DNA from: a virus
Taxonomy: Duplodnaviria; Caudoviricetes
Length of the DNA: 35,482 bases
IMG/VR virus record: IMGVR_UViG_3300025270_001763
Coordinates: 1 to 35,482 of that record
Direction: 5' to 3' (one strand)
Shown: one piece after another, positions 1 to 8,039 of the stretch
Layout: every line of letters begins with the position of its first letter
How positions within the stretch are numbered: the first letter of the stretch is position 1
Notes under the pieces: model-generated
Database searches by the model: none
What the model was told of the DNA's origin: nothing
The model's input: the letters and a program-made list of their open reading frames with translations, nothing else
Position numbers and translations under genes: made by a program

Positions 1-1
1 G

Positions 2-202
2 CTGGAAGATTCCAAGCAGACATTTATAGGGTGGGTTACTGATTTAATGGTAAACCCCGAAAAGAGACACGAGCTTGGGATGGAGATGGAGAAAATGCGT
101 TTAGCAATGGATAAGGAGAGGGAGACATTATCTGAATGGCATCAATATGAAGATAAGGTTATTGATCAACCATTTTTAACTCCTGATTCGGTAAAAGAAT
201 GA
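2..202 (+). CDS. Hypothetical protein, 5'-truncated C-terminal fragment (LEDSKQTFIGW...YEDKVIDQPFLTPDSVKE)
   Basis: Open frame from position 2 to TGA at 200-202, which overlaps the next ATG (ATGA). Translated by hand. Confidence 0.75.
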   Translation: MEDSKQTFIGWVTDLMVNPEKRHELGMEMEKMRLAMDKERETLSEWHQYEDKVIDQPFLTPDSVKE

Positions 203-987
203 GGGGTAATCGACCAATGTATGAAAACGCAAGAAAAATTATGCTGCCATCTATGCATCGCAGTGGCCATCATGCTATTGCGGTATGGCTTTTACATCAG
301 GCTGAAGGAGTAGATAAGTTTGATATTAAAACTATGACTGAGTGGTGGTTCTATTTGAAAGTTTCAAAGGGAATAAATTTTATGTTCAATAACCCCTTGA
401 AAAAGGAACAAAAAGACAGGAGCAAGTTTAATGGTATCATGAGGGGAATCTGGGATGGAACTATGGCTAGGGTTGAAAATTGTGACCCTAAAGATACCAA
501 GCTTTTTATTGGAACTCATGAGCGCGAAACCTTAAAAGAAGTTGCTTGGCACTGTGGAAAATCAGATATCTTCTATAAAACAGACATGGTTTTAGTAATT
601 AGGAGCTTTCACAACTGGGTTGCAAGCTGTGTTCGAAAAAAAGACACCGAAGAGAAAGACATAGATATTTATATTGATCATTGTAAACACGCGCTTGATG
701 AAACAGTACCGCACATTCTCTATGATAGGTGGTTCACCAGCAAAGAATACAGAAAAGAAATAACTGACTCTCTTGGTTTACATTTTACAGACGCCGCTCT
801 TAATCAAGCATCTCCGTTTGGAGGCGGGAGTTCCTTTGATGCACTGGTTTATTTGAAGAACGCTAGTGAGATGGATGTTTTAAATAGGTATAAGCAGATG
901 GAAGATAACGAAGATTATCAACAGATTATTCAAAATAACGAAGAGGCTATAGACCTCAGTAACCAATTATTCGGGAAAGCATTATGA
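199..987 (+). CDS. Sulfotransferase-like protein (alternative start ATG 217)
   Basis: N-terminal MHRSGHHAIAVWL resembles the 5'-PAPS-binding loop; RSFHNWVAS resembles the 3'-phosphate-binding R-x7-S motif. Confidence 0.6.
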   Translation: MRGNRPMYENARKIMLPSMHRSGHHAIAVWLLHQAEGVDKFDIKTMTEWWFYLKVSKGINFMFNNPLKKEQKDRSKFNGIMRGIWDGTMARVENCDPKDTKLFIGTHERETLKEVAWHCGKSDIFYKTDMVLVIRSFHNWVASCVRKKDTEEKDIDIYIDHCKHALDETVPHILYDRWFTSKEYRKEITDSLGLHFTDAALNQASPFGGGSSFDALVYLKNASEMDVLNRYKQMEDNEDYQQIIQNNEEAIDLSNQLFGKAL

Positions 988-1490
988 CTAAACACGCACT
1001 CTTTTTAAAATGGTGGCTATTTTTTACAGCCGTATGTGTAGGTTTTATTTACGCGATTAGTGTCGGCGCTATAGAAACCTTATGGGATAAAGATGCGACC
1101 AAGCTCAGTTTTGTCCTGTTGGTCTTGTTTGGTTCTGTGTCGGCATGGTGTGGTTACAAGACGTGGATGCTTAGTAGATTTCTTGACAGTGGAAGAGAGG
1201 ATGAGCATCTTGTTGAAAAGATAGATCATCTTATAGAAGTAGGTTGGTTCGCTAGTGATTTGTGCCTAACGGTAGGAATGATAGGAACCGTATCCGGTTT
1301 TATTATGATGCTTTCTGGGTTTTACACTGTAGATGTTTCACAGATACAAACCATTCAGGAATTAATAAAGCAGTTAGGCGCAGGTATGTCCACAGCATTA
1401 TATTCGACGCTAGTGGGTTTAATTTGTAGCGCTCTCTTAAAGATTCAATATTTCAATTTGAACCAAGCAATAGATAGAATCAGAAAATGA
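984..1490 (+). CDS. MotA/TolQ/ExbB proton-channel family membrane protein
   Basis: Two N-terminal hydrophobic helices, then LTVGMIGTVSGFIMML and GMSTALYSTLVGL, matching the two conserved channel helices and both conserved Thr residues. Confidence 0.9.
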   Translation: MTKHALFLKWWLFFTAVCVGFIYAISVGAIETLWDKDATKLSFVLLVLFGSVSAWCGYKTWMLSRFLDSGREDEHLVEKIDHLIEVGWFASDLCLTVGMIGTVSGFIMMLSGFYTVDVSQIQTIQELIKQLGAGMSTALYSTLVGLICSALLKIQYFNLNQAIDRIRK

Positions 1491-2089
1491 AAAGAGAATA
1501 CCACACCAACTTAGCGTTTCTGGATGTCCTGTTTAACACGCTGCTATGCTTTGCGGCGCTGTTCGCCATGTCTTTTATCTTGATCAATCCGTCGAAAAAA
1601 GACAACAACGTAGTTGAGAAGGGTGAGTTTGTAATAGTAATGACATGGCCGAAAGAGATGGATAATGATGTAGATATCTATGTTGAAGATCCAGAGGGTA
1701 ATTTAGTTGCTTTTATGAGACGAGAAGAAGGATTGATGCATTTAGACAGAGACGATCTGGGAAGAAGAAACGATGTAGTTCAGACAGAGTTCGGTGAAAT
1801 TGAATACGATGAAAATAGAGAGATAGTCACCTTAAGAGGAATTATGCCCGGCGAATATGTGATTAATGTACACATGTATATGAAAAGAGAAGAGAGCCTG
1901 TTGACACCGGTAACTGTACAGCTTGATAAGATTAATCCCTATTCGACAGTTATGATAAAGAGAGTAACATTGGGAGTTAGTGGAGAAGAGAAGACGGCTT
2001 TCAGGTTTATCCTAAATAACGATGGCGATGTAGTAGAAATCAATGAGTTACAAAAAACTCTAGTGGAACAACAAGGACCAACACTATGA
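1487..2089 (+). CDS. ExbD/TolR/MotB-like single-pass partner with a YfaP/DUF2135-like extracytoplasmic domain
   Basis: NLAFLDVLF places Asp13 at the start of a TM helix as in ExbD/TolR. W-x6-DVDIYVEDPEG...LDRDD...E...PGEYVINVHMY resembles the YfaP-like beta domain. ATGA overlap with the ExbB-like gene. Confidence 0.7.
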   Translation: MKREYHTNLAFLDVLFNTLLCFAALFAMSFILINPSKKDNNVVEKGEFVIVMTWPKEMDNDVDIYVEDPEGNLVAFMRREEGLMHLDRDDLGRRNDVVQTEFGEIEYDENREIVTLRGIMPGEYVINVHMYMKREESLLTPVTVQLDKINPYSTVMIKRVTLGVSGEEKTAFRFILNNDGDVVEINELQKTLVEQQGPTL

Positions 2090-2700
2090 GCATTGCGTTA
2101 ACCTTTTTTATTATTAGCAGTTTACTGCTCTGGATTGTTATCGGATCTAAGGGCCACTGGGGATTAAAAGCGGCTACAATTGCTTTTGTTCTATATTTTT
2201 GTTTATCAATCAACCTTTCCTTGAGCAACTTGCTGGGTTGGCCTTCAGACCAATCCCTGCCTGAAGAATTTCAGGTACACTGGATTGAGATAAAAGAGCC
2301 GAATAAAAGAACAGGCGATAAGGGCTGTGTCTATGTATGGGCTACTGGTAGCGAGGGGGAACATCACAAAAAGGACGGCTGGAGAACCTTACTTGTGTAT
2401 TTTCAAAATTACGATCCCACGGAGCCTAGAGCTTATAGACTTAATTACTCAAGAGAGTTGCACGAAAGATCACAAGAAGCCTTGGGTAAAATTAAAAATG
2501 GAGAAGCTGTCGGAGGTAAAAACAAAGGGCGGGGTAAAGGCAAGGGCAAAGGCAAGGGTGAAGGCGACGGTAAAGGTAAGGGTAAAGGGAGGGGAGATGG
2601 AAAAAACGGAAAAGAGGGCGGCGGTAGTTTGAGCAATAGTGACGATATCATTTTTCATGACTTGCCCCCATCTAAGCTTCCAGACAAGGTTACAGAATGA
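2086..2700 (+). CDS. Membrane protein (two N-terminal TM helices) with Gly/Lys-rich low-complexity linker
   Basis: Hydrophobic N-terminus, LGWP motif, (GK)n tract, short Pro-containing C-terminus. ATGA overlaps on both sides. Confidence 0.8.
   Translation: MSIALTFFIISSLLLWIVIGSKGHWGLKAATIAFVLYFCLSINLSLSNLLGWPSDQSLPEEFQVHWIEIKEPNKRTGDKGCVYVWATGSEGEHHKKDGWRTLLVYFQNYDPTEPRAYRLNYSRELHERSQEALGKIKNGEAVGGKNKGRGKGKGKGKGEGDGKGKGKGRGDGKNGKEGGGSLSNSDDIIFHDLPPSKLPDKVTE
2512..2625 (+). repeat. Degenerate 6-nt repeat (GGY-AAR) encoding GKGKGKG...
   Basis: ggtaaaggcaagggcaaaggcaagggtgaaggcgacggtaaaggtaagggtaaaggg, with varied synonymous codons. Confidence 0.85.
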
Positions 2701-3710
2701 AAAAGAAGGCGATTATATTTGGCGTCACAGGACAAGACGGTTCTTATTTATCAGAACTGTTATTAGAGAAGGACTACTATGTTATAGGTGTTTCCAGAAG
2801 GACTAGTACGTCAAATACGTCCAGAATTGATCATTTGCTTGAGAACAAAGATTTTATCGTTGAGAGCGGGGATGTTTTAGACTTCGCAAATATTTATGAT
2901 ATTCTATGGAGACACCACGCCGACGAAGTGTACAACCTAGCGGCCCAGTCACATGTTGGAATTTCTTTTAAACAACCTCTTGTAACTTGGGACATTACGG
3001 CTAAGGGGTGTTTAAACGTTTTAGAGGCTGTAACCAAGCTCAGCAGAAAACCTAGATTTTATCAGGCTAGCTCAAGTGAAATGTTTGGTGATCAATATAC
3101 CACTTCCGAATCTGGAGATAAATATCAATCAGAAGACACGCTTTTTAACCCCCAGTCTCCGTATGCAGTAGCTAAACTTGCCGCGCACAAAATGACAGAG
3201 CTTTACAGAAAGACACACGATTTACATGCAAGCTGCGGCATATTGTTTAATCATGAGAGTGAGCGCAGGGGTGAGAATTTCGTAACCAGAAAGATCTCTA
3301 AGTACATTTCCACGTTTGATCCCCTTGGTCCAAACCTATACCTAGGAAACCTCGATTCATGTAGAGACTGGGGCCATGCTAAAGATTATGTCCGAGCCAT
3401 GTGGCTTATGCTGCAACAGGATAAACCGGATACATATGTTATCGCCACAGGGGTTACTCATTCCGTAAGAGATTTTGTTAGAGAAGCCTTTAAGTGCGTG
3501 GGCGTAGACGATTATGAGAAGTTTGTCGAGATAGACCAAAAACAAATCAGACCTTCCGAAGTCCTGTATTTAAAAGGAGACTGTTCTAAAGCAAAGGAGG
3601 CGATAGGGTGGATGCCAGAGATTTCATTTGAGGACTTGGTATCAATTATGGTTCAACATGATATAGCGAGAATAACAAATGACACACAAGCCACTTATTC
3701 TGTCAAATGA
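2697..3710 (+). CDS. gmd: GDP-mannose 4,6-dehydratase
   Basis: GVTGQDGSYL, NLAAQSHV, YQASSSEMFG, SPYAVAK (YxxxK), GILFNHESERRGENFVTRKI and RDWGHAKDYV are all Gmd signature motifs. Confidence 0.96.
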   Translation: MKKKAIIFGVTGQDGSYLSELLLEKDYYVIGVSRRTSTSNTSRIDHLLENKDFIVESGDVLDFANIYDILWRHHADEVYNLAAQSHVGISFKQPLVTWDITAKGCLNVLEAVTKLSRKPRFYQASSSEMFGDQYTTSESGDKYQSEDTLFNPQSPYAVAKLAAHKMTELYRKTHDLHASCGILFNHESERRGENFVTRKISKYISTFDPLGPNLYLGNLDSCRDWGHAKDYVRAMWLMLQQDKPDTYVIATGVTHSVRDFVREAFKCVGVDDYEKFVEIDQKQIRPSEVLYLKGDCSKAKEAIGWMPEISFEDLVSIMVQHDIARITNDTQATYSVK

Positions 3711-4599
3711 TGAAATTGTAGAGATTATTACAGTTCAAGAATGCATGGACATTGTGGAGAAGTTATTTGAAAATCTAGAGGATTCTCAAATGCCGCCTAA
3801 GATTTATCTGGATATTCCAGATGGAGATTTTAGAGCCATGCCAGCAATAGTGGGTAATACGGCTGGAATCAAATGGTGCGGAGTACATTTAGACAAAACA
3901 AGAAAAAAAAGAAAGATTAACATTTTTGCCAAGGTTTTGATTAACGATGTTGATTCTGGAAAACTTCTAGCGATCATGGATGGGGAAAAGATTACAGCTA
4001 TTAGGACCGCTGCCGTTACCGGAATAGCCACTAAATATTTATCGAAGAAAGACGCGAGCATTGCTGCATTTATTGGGTGTGGTAATCAAACTCAATATCA
4101 AATTCAGGCGGTATGCCACGCTAGAAAGATAAAACAAATTAGACTTTTCGATTTTGATTATACTCGATGTGATATATTGAAAACTTATTTTTCCAAAGAT
4201 TACGACGTTGTTATTTGTGATGACGGCGAAGAATGTATAAAGGGTGGAGATATTATTACAACCTTAACCCCTTCTGTTTACGGGTTTGTAAAACACGATT
4301 GGTTAAAAAGCTCGGTACATATTAATGCTATTGGCGCAGACGCTCAAGGAAAAAGAGAGCTAGATTTATCTGTATTAGACGGCATGAGTTTGGTAGTATA
4401 TGATAATTGGGAACAGTGTTCACATTCTGGAGAGATCCAGTATGTGGACTATAAGGATAAGAAACAGCCATGGGTATCTTTAGGTGATATTGTTTCGGGA
4501 AAAGAGGAAGTCAGAGGAGATCAGATTCTATTTGATGCTACTGGACTGGCCATAGAAGACGTGGTTACCGCTAGACATATTTACGAAAAGGTTAAGTAA
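3679..4599 (+). CDS. Ornithine cyclodeaminase/mu-crystallin family protein, resembling archaeal-type alanine dehydrogenase
   Basis: QMPPKIYL, GDFRAMPA, GIKW, ITAIRTAA, FIGCGNQ, HINAIGAD..GKRELD and FDATGLAIED. Confidence 0.9.
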   Translation: MTHKPLILSNDEIVEIITVQECMDIVEKLFENLEDSQMPPKIYLDIPDGDFRAMPAIVGNTAGIKWCGVHLDKTRKKRKINIFAKVLINDVDSGKLLAIMDGEKITAIRTAAVTGIATKYLSKKDASIAAFIGCGNQTQYQIQAVCHARKIKQIRLFDFDYTRCDILKTYFSKDYDVVICDDGEECIKGGDIITTLTPSVYGFVKHDWLKSSVHINAIGADAQGKRELDLSVLDGMSLVVYDNWEQCSHSGEIQYVDYKDKKQPWVSLGDIVSGKEEVRGDQILFDATGLAIEDVVTARHIYEKVK

Positions 4600-4619
4600 T
4601 CCAAAAGAAGGAGAGAACT

Positions 4620-5096
4620 ATGAACAAGAGTACTGGAATAGTGTATCTTATTATGGGGATTTTGTCTGTTGTGTTGGGATACGATATATATTTGCAGCAT
4701 CAAACACAATTGGTTACAGCTAAATATTATAGGACTGTGATCGATCAACAGGAAGCCGCGATTAAGAAGCACCAAAAGAGTGAACAGTTTGTTACAGAAC
4801 ACGTTGAAGATATATACAACCTGTTTGTCTTGGATTCGGTTAGGGGGTATGTTACTATGGATACATTGATTCGTGTATTTCATTACGCTAAGCCCCACAA
4901 GAGTCCGGTTTATAACTGTCCTGAGTGTGAGGATATAAGGAAGAAGGGTTTGCCGAACAAGCAATTACCGGGAGAAAGACTTAAACTTCCACAAAACACA
5001 AACCCAGAAAGAACTGCCGATGTACTACAGGGTTCACGTAGACATGTCAAAAATTCTGAAGGATATGAAGCAAGCAGGAGTGAAGTCTCACAATAA
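4620..5096 (+). CDS. Membrane-anchored hypothetical protein with H-x4-H-x6-CxxC cluster
   Basis: AAGGAG RBS, N-terminal TM helix, short coiled coil, HYAKPHKSPVYNCPEC. Confidence 0.7.
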   Translation: MNKSTGIVYLIMGILSVVLGYDIYLQHQTQLVTAKYYRTVIDQQEAAIKKHQKSEQFVTEHVEDIYNLFVLDSVRGYVTMDTLIRVFHYAKPHKSPVYNCPECEDIRKKGLPNKQLPGERLKLPQNTNPERTADVLQGSRRHVKNSEGYEASRSEVSQ

Positions 5097-5268
5097 ACTT
5101 GAAACTATACTTCGAGTCAATGCTAAAGATCCAGATATGGCGTGTAGTTTAGCCGTGGAAAAGGTATGTCAGGATATAGTCAAAGAAAGAGAGACTACTC
5201 GATTTAAAGAGATCGCAGATAAGGCAAGGCACGTTATCTCCGTTACGAAAATTAGAAGAACGAATTAA
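5020..5268 (+). CDS. Small hypothetical protein
   Basis: 82-aa ORF filling the gap before the HNH gene; overlaps the previous ORF by 77 nt. Confidence 0.6.
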   Translation: MYYRVHVDMSKILKDMKQAGVKSHNKLETILRVNAKDPDMACSLAVEKVCQDIVKERETTRFKEIADKARHVISVTKIRRTN

Positions 5269-5277
5269 GACTTAACA

Positions 5278-5544
5278 ATGCGAAATTTTGACGATCCGGT
5301 ATACAAAGACTGGCGAAAAAAAGTATTCAAGCGGGATGGTTATGCCTGTCAAATGCCGGGGTGTCAAGCTTCAAAAACTAGAATTAATGCCCATCATATT
5401 AAAAAATGGGCCAGTTCACCTAGTCTGCGTTTTGAGCCTATAAATGGAATTACCCTGTGCTGGAAATGCCACAAAAAAGTTACGGGTGTCGAAGAACAAT
5501 ACGAAGGTCTGTTTTTACAGATAGTTTATCAAAATGAATTATGA
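5278..5544 (+). CDS. HNH endonuclease (packaging-associated, HK97 gp74-like position)
   Basis: WRKKVFKRDGYACQMPGC...AHHIK...NGITLCWKCH; located two genes before terL. Confidence 0.92.
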   Translation: MRNFDDPVYKDWRKKVFKRDGYACQMPGCQASKTRINAHHIKKWASSPSLRFEPINGITLCWKCHKKVTGVEEQYEGLFLQIVYQNEL

Positions 5545-6025
5545 TAAATACGAGATAATAAGAGACACCAGAGAAAAACACGGGTGGGATTTTGAATCAT
5601 TCGACAAGTGCAAAGGTGTTATACAGAAGGGCTTAAAAACGGGTGACTATACCATAAAAGGTTTAGAGCCTGTTGTATGTATAGAACGAAAGGCCAGCAC
5701 CCGTGAGATTTCCATGAACCTAGGAAAAGAAAGATCTAGGTTTCTAGCAGAGATAGAGCGAATGTCTGAGTTTAGGTGGGCTTATATCGTTTGCGAGTTT
5801 TCTGTCAATGACCTCATGACCTTCCCTAAGAATTCTGGTATTCCACAGCGTAGATGGAAGTACACAAAAATGAACGGTAAGTTCATGTGGAAGCAGCTAT
5901 GTGAGTTTAAGGAAAATTACAACGTGGAAACTTTGTTTTGTGGAAATAGGATTAAGGCGGAAGAAAAAGTAATGGATATCTTTGAGGAAATAACCGAGAG
6001 GCTGGACTATGAAGAACAGCAGTAA
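5534..6025 (+). CDS. ERCC4/XPF-family nuclease domain protein
   Basis: DTRE...LKTGDYT...IERKA matches the GD-xn-ERK motif. Confidence 0.85.
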   Translation: MNYDKYEIIRDTREKHGWDFESFDKCKGVIQKGLKTGDYTIKGLEPVVCIERKASTREISMNLGKERSRFLAEIERMSEFRWAYIVCEFSVNDLMTFPKNSGIPQRRWKYTKMNGKFMWKQLCEFKENYNVETLFCGNRIKAEEKVMDIFEEITERLDYEEQQ

Positions 6026-7979
6026 ATTAATTAAGGATGCTTGGTTAAATATTGATGTGCCAGATGAATCTCGACTATTTAACCCTCTAGATTTTAATCG
6101 TGAAGATTTTCATCTAAAATTGACTTGGCTTATGATGCAGCCAGAATATTTCTATTTCATTTGTAAAGAGATACTCAATGTAGAATTGCTACCTGTACAA
6201 GCTTTAATGCTTCAAGAAATATGGCAAAGAAAATTTCCTATGTTGATTGCTTCTCGTGGCTTTGGAAAATCTTTCATACTATCGGTCTATGCCATCTTAA
6301 GAGCGCTTATAATGCCGGGTCGAAAAATTATTGTTGTAGGCGCGGCGTTTCGTCAATCAAAAATCCTATTTGAATATATGGATACCATATGGAAAAATGC
6401 TCCTTTATTGAGAGACATTGTTGGACCTAATGGTGGTCCACGTCGTGATGTAGACATGTGCAGAATGAATATTGGGTCTAGTACCGTAACCTGCTTACCT
6501 TTAGGGGACGGGTCAAAGATCAGAGGGCAGAGAGCAAATGATATTATTGCTGACGAGTTCGCTTCTATACCAAGAGAAATTTTTGAAAACGTTGTGGCTG
6601 GTTTCGCTGCTGTTACCGCTTCACCGGTAGAAAATGTAAAATATATAGCGTCAAAGAAAAGGGCTGAAGAATTAGGTCAAGAAATACAACTAGACGATGA
6701 TGAAGTTTTATCTCACGGTAACCAAATTATTTTATCAGGAACTGCTTTTTATGATTTTAATCACTTTGCAGAATATTGGAAAAAATGGCGAAGTATTATT
6801 CAAAGTAACGGAAACGCGAAAAAACTGCAAGAGATTTTTGGAGGTGAAGAAATTCCTCATGGGTTCGACTGGACTCAGTATAGTATAATCCGAATTCCGT
6901 TTGAGCTTTTACCGCAGGGGTTCATGGACGATGCACAGGTGGCTAGATCAAAAGCTACTGTACACTCTGGTATTTATGAGATGGAATTTGGCGCTTGTTT
7001 TTCTAGCGATAGCAATGGGTTCTTTAAAAGATCGCTGATTGAGTCCTGCGTAGCTTCGCCAGAGAATACTATTACTTTTCCAAGCGGAGAAGTGAAATAT
7101 CATGCAATAACAAAAGGAAATCCTGATATAAAATATGTCTATGGCATAGACCCCGCCTCCGAGGTAGATAACTTTAGTATTACAATAATAGGACTATGGC
7201 CAGACCATAGAAGAATTGTTTATTGCTGGACTACAACTAGAACAGACCACAAAGAGAAAATCAAGGCCGGGCTGGTTAAGGAGACGGATTTTTATTCTTA
7301 TTGCGCTAGGAAGATCAGAGATTTAATGAAGGTGTTTCCATGTGCAGAAATTGCCATGGACGCTCAGGGCGGCGGCATAGCCGTCATGGAGGCTTTGCAT
7401 GACAAAGATAAGATACAAGAGGGTGAAGTTGCCCTGTGGCCTACAATAGACGAAGACAAGGAAAAAGATACCGATGGAGAGCCGGGTCTTCACGTTTTAG
7501 AAATGATACAATTTGCAAAATCAGACTGGGTAGTTGAGGCGAATCATGGCATGCGTAAAGATTTTGAAGACAAAGCGCTTCTATTTCCCTATTTCGATTC
7601 CGCAACAATTGGGCTGGCTATTTCCGATGATAAAATCAAAGACAGAAAATATGACACGTTAGAAGATTGTGTTATGGAGATAGAAGAGTTAAAAGATGAA
7701 TTATCTATGATTATTATGACACAAACTACAACAGGTCGAGATAAATGGGATACTCCTGAAGTTAAAATAGCCGGTGGAAAAAAAGACAGGCTGCGTAAGG
7801 ATAGATACAGCGCATTACTAATGGCGAACATGTCTGCTAGAACTATACAAAGAACCCCAACACCGCCTCCTTTTGAACATCTAGGAGGTTTTGCAACATA
7901 TATAAAGAATCAAGATGATGGTCCAGATTTTGTTGGTCCCGCATGGTTCACAGAAAACATGAGGGGAATTTATGATTAA
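6009..7979 (+). CDS. terL: Terminase large subunit
   Basis: Q-motif (LLPVQ), Walker A ASRGFGKS, IRGQRA, Walker B IIADEF, coupling motif LSGTA, RNase H-like nuclease YGIDPA...MDAQGGG...KDRYSA. Confidence 0.95.
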   Translation: MKNSSKLIKDAWLNIDVPDESRLFNPLDFNREDFHLKLTWLMMQPEYFYFICKEILNVELLPVQALMLQEIWQRKFPMLIASRGFGKSFILSVYAILRALIMPGRKIIVVGAAFRQSKILFEYMDTIWKNAPLLRDIVGPNGGPRRDVDMCRMNIGSSTVTCLPLGDGSKIRGQRANDIIADEFASIPREIFENVVAGFAAVTASPVENVKYIASKKRAEELGQEIQLDDDEVLSHGNQIILSGTAFYDFNHFAEYWKKWRSIIQSNGNAKKLQEIFGGEEIPHGFDWTQYSIIRIPFELLPQGFMDDAQVARSKATVHSGIYEMEFGACFSSDSNGFFKRSLIESCVASPENTITFPSGEVKYHAITKGNPDIKYVYGIDPASEVDNFSITIIGLWPDHRRIVYCWTTTRTDHKEKIKAGLVKETDFYSYCARKIRDLMKVFPCAEIAMDAQGGGIAVMEALHDKDKIQEGEVALWPTIDEDKEKDTDGEPGLHVLEMIQFAKSDWVVEANHGMRKDFEDKALLFPYFDSATIGLAISDDKIKDRKYDTLEDCVMEIEELKDELSMIIMTQTTTGRDKWDTPEVKIAGGKKDRLRKDRYSALLMANMSARTIQRTPTPPPFEHLGGFATYIKNQDDGPDFVGPAWFTENMRGIYD

Positions 7980-7981
7980 AA

Positions 7982-7991
7982 GGTGTATTAT
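7982..7991 (+). promoter_or_regulatory. Putative late promoter motif GGTGTATTAT
   Basis: One of four intergenic copies of GGTGTAT(A/T)(A/T)T; upstream of portal. Confidence 0.6.
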
Positions 7992-8039
7992 AGTATGAAC
8001 AATCCAATTGTCAATTGAACTGATAGGGAATCAATCGAA

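Noticed and set aside
2445-2651. Minus-strand Pro-rich ORF (PLPLPLP) that looks like a TonB linker
   Set aside because: It is the antisense shadow of the GK-coding repeat; no TM anchor or TonB C-terminal domain.
8005-8018. CAATTGTCAATTG tandem palindromes upstream of portal
   Set aside because: Single occurrence and short; could be chance in AT-rich DNA.
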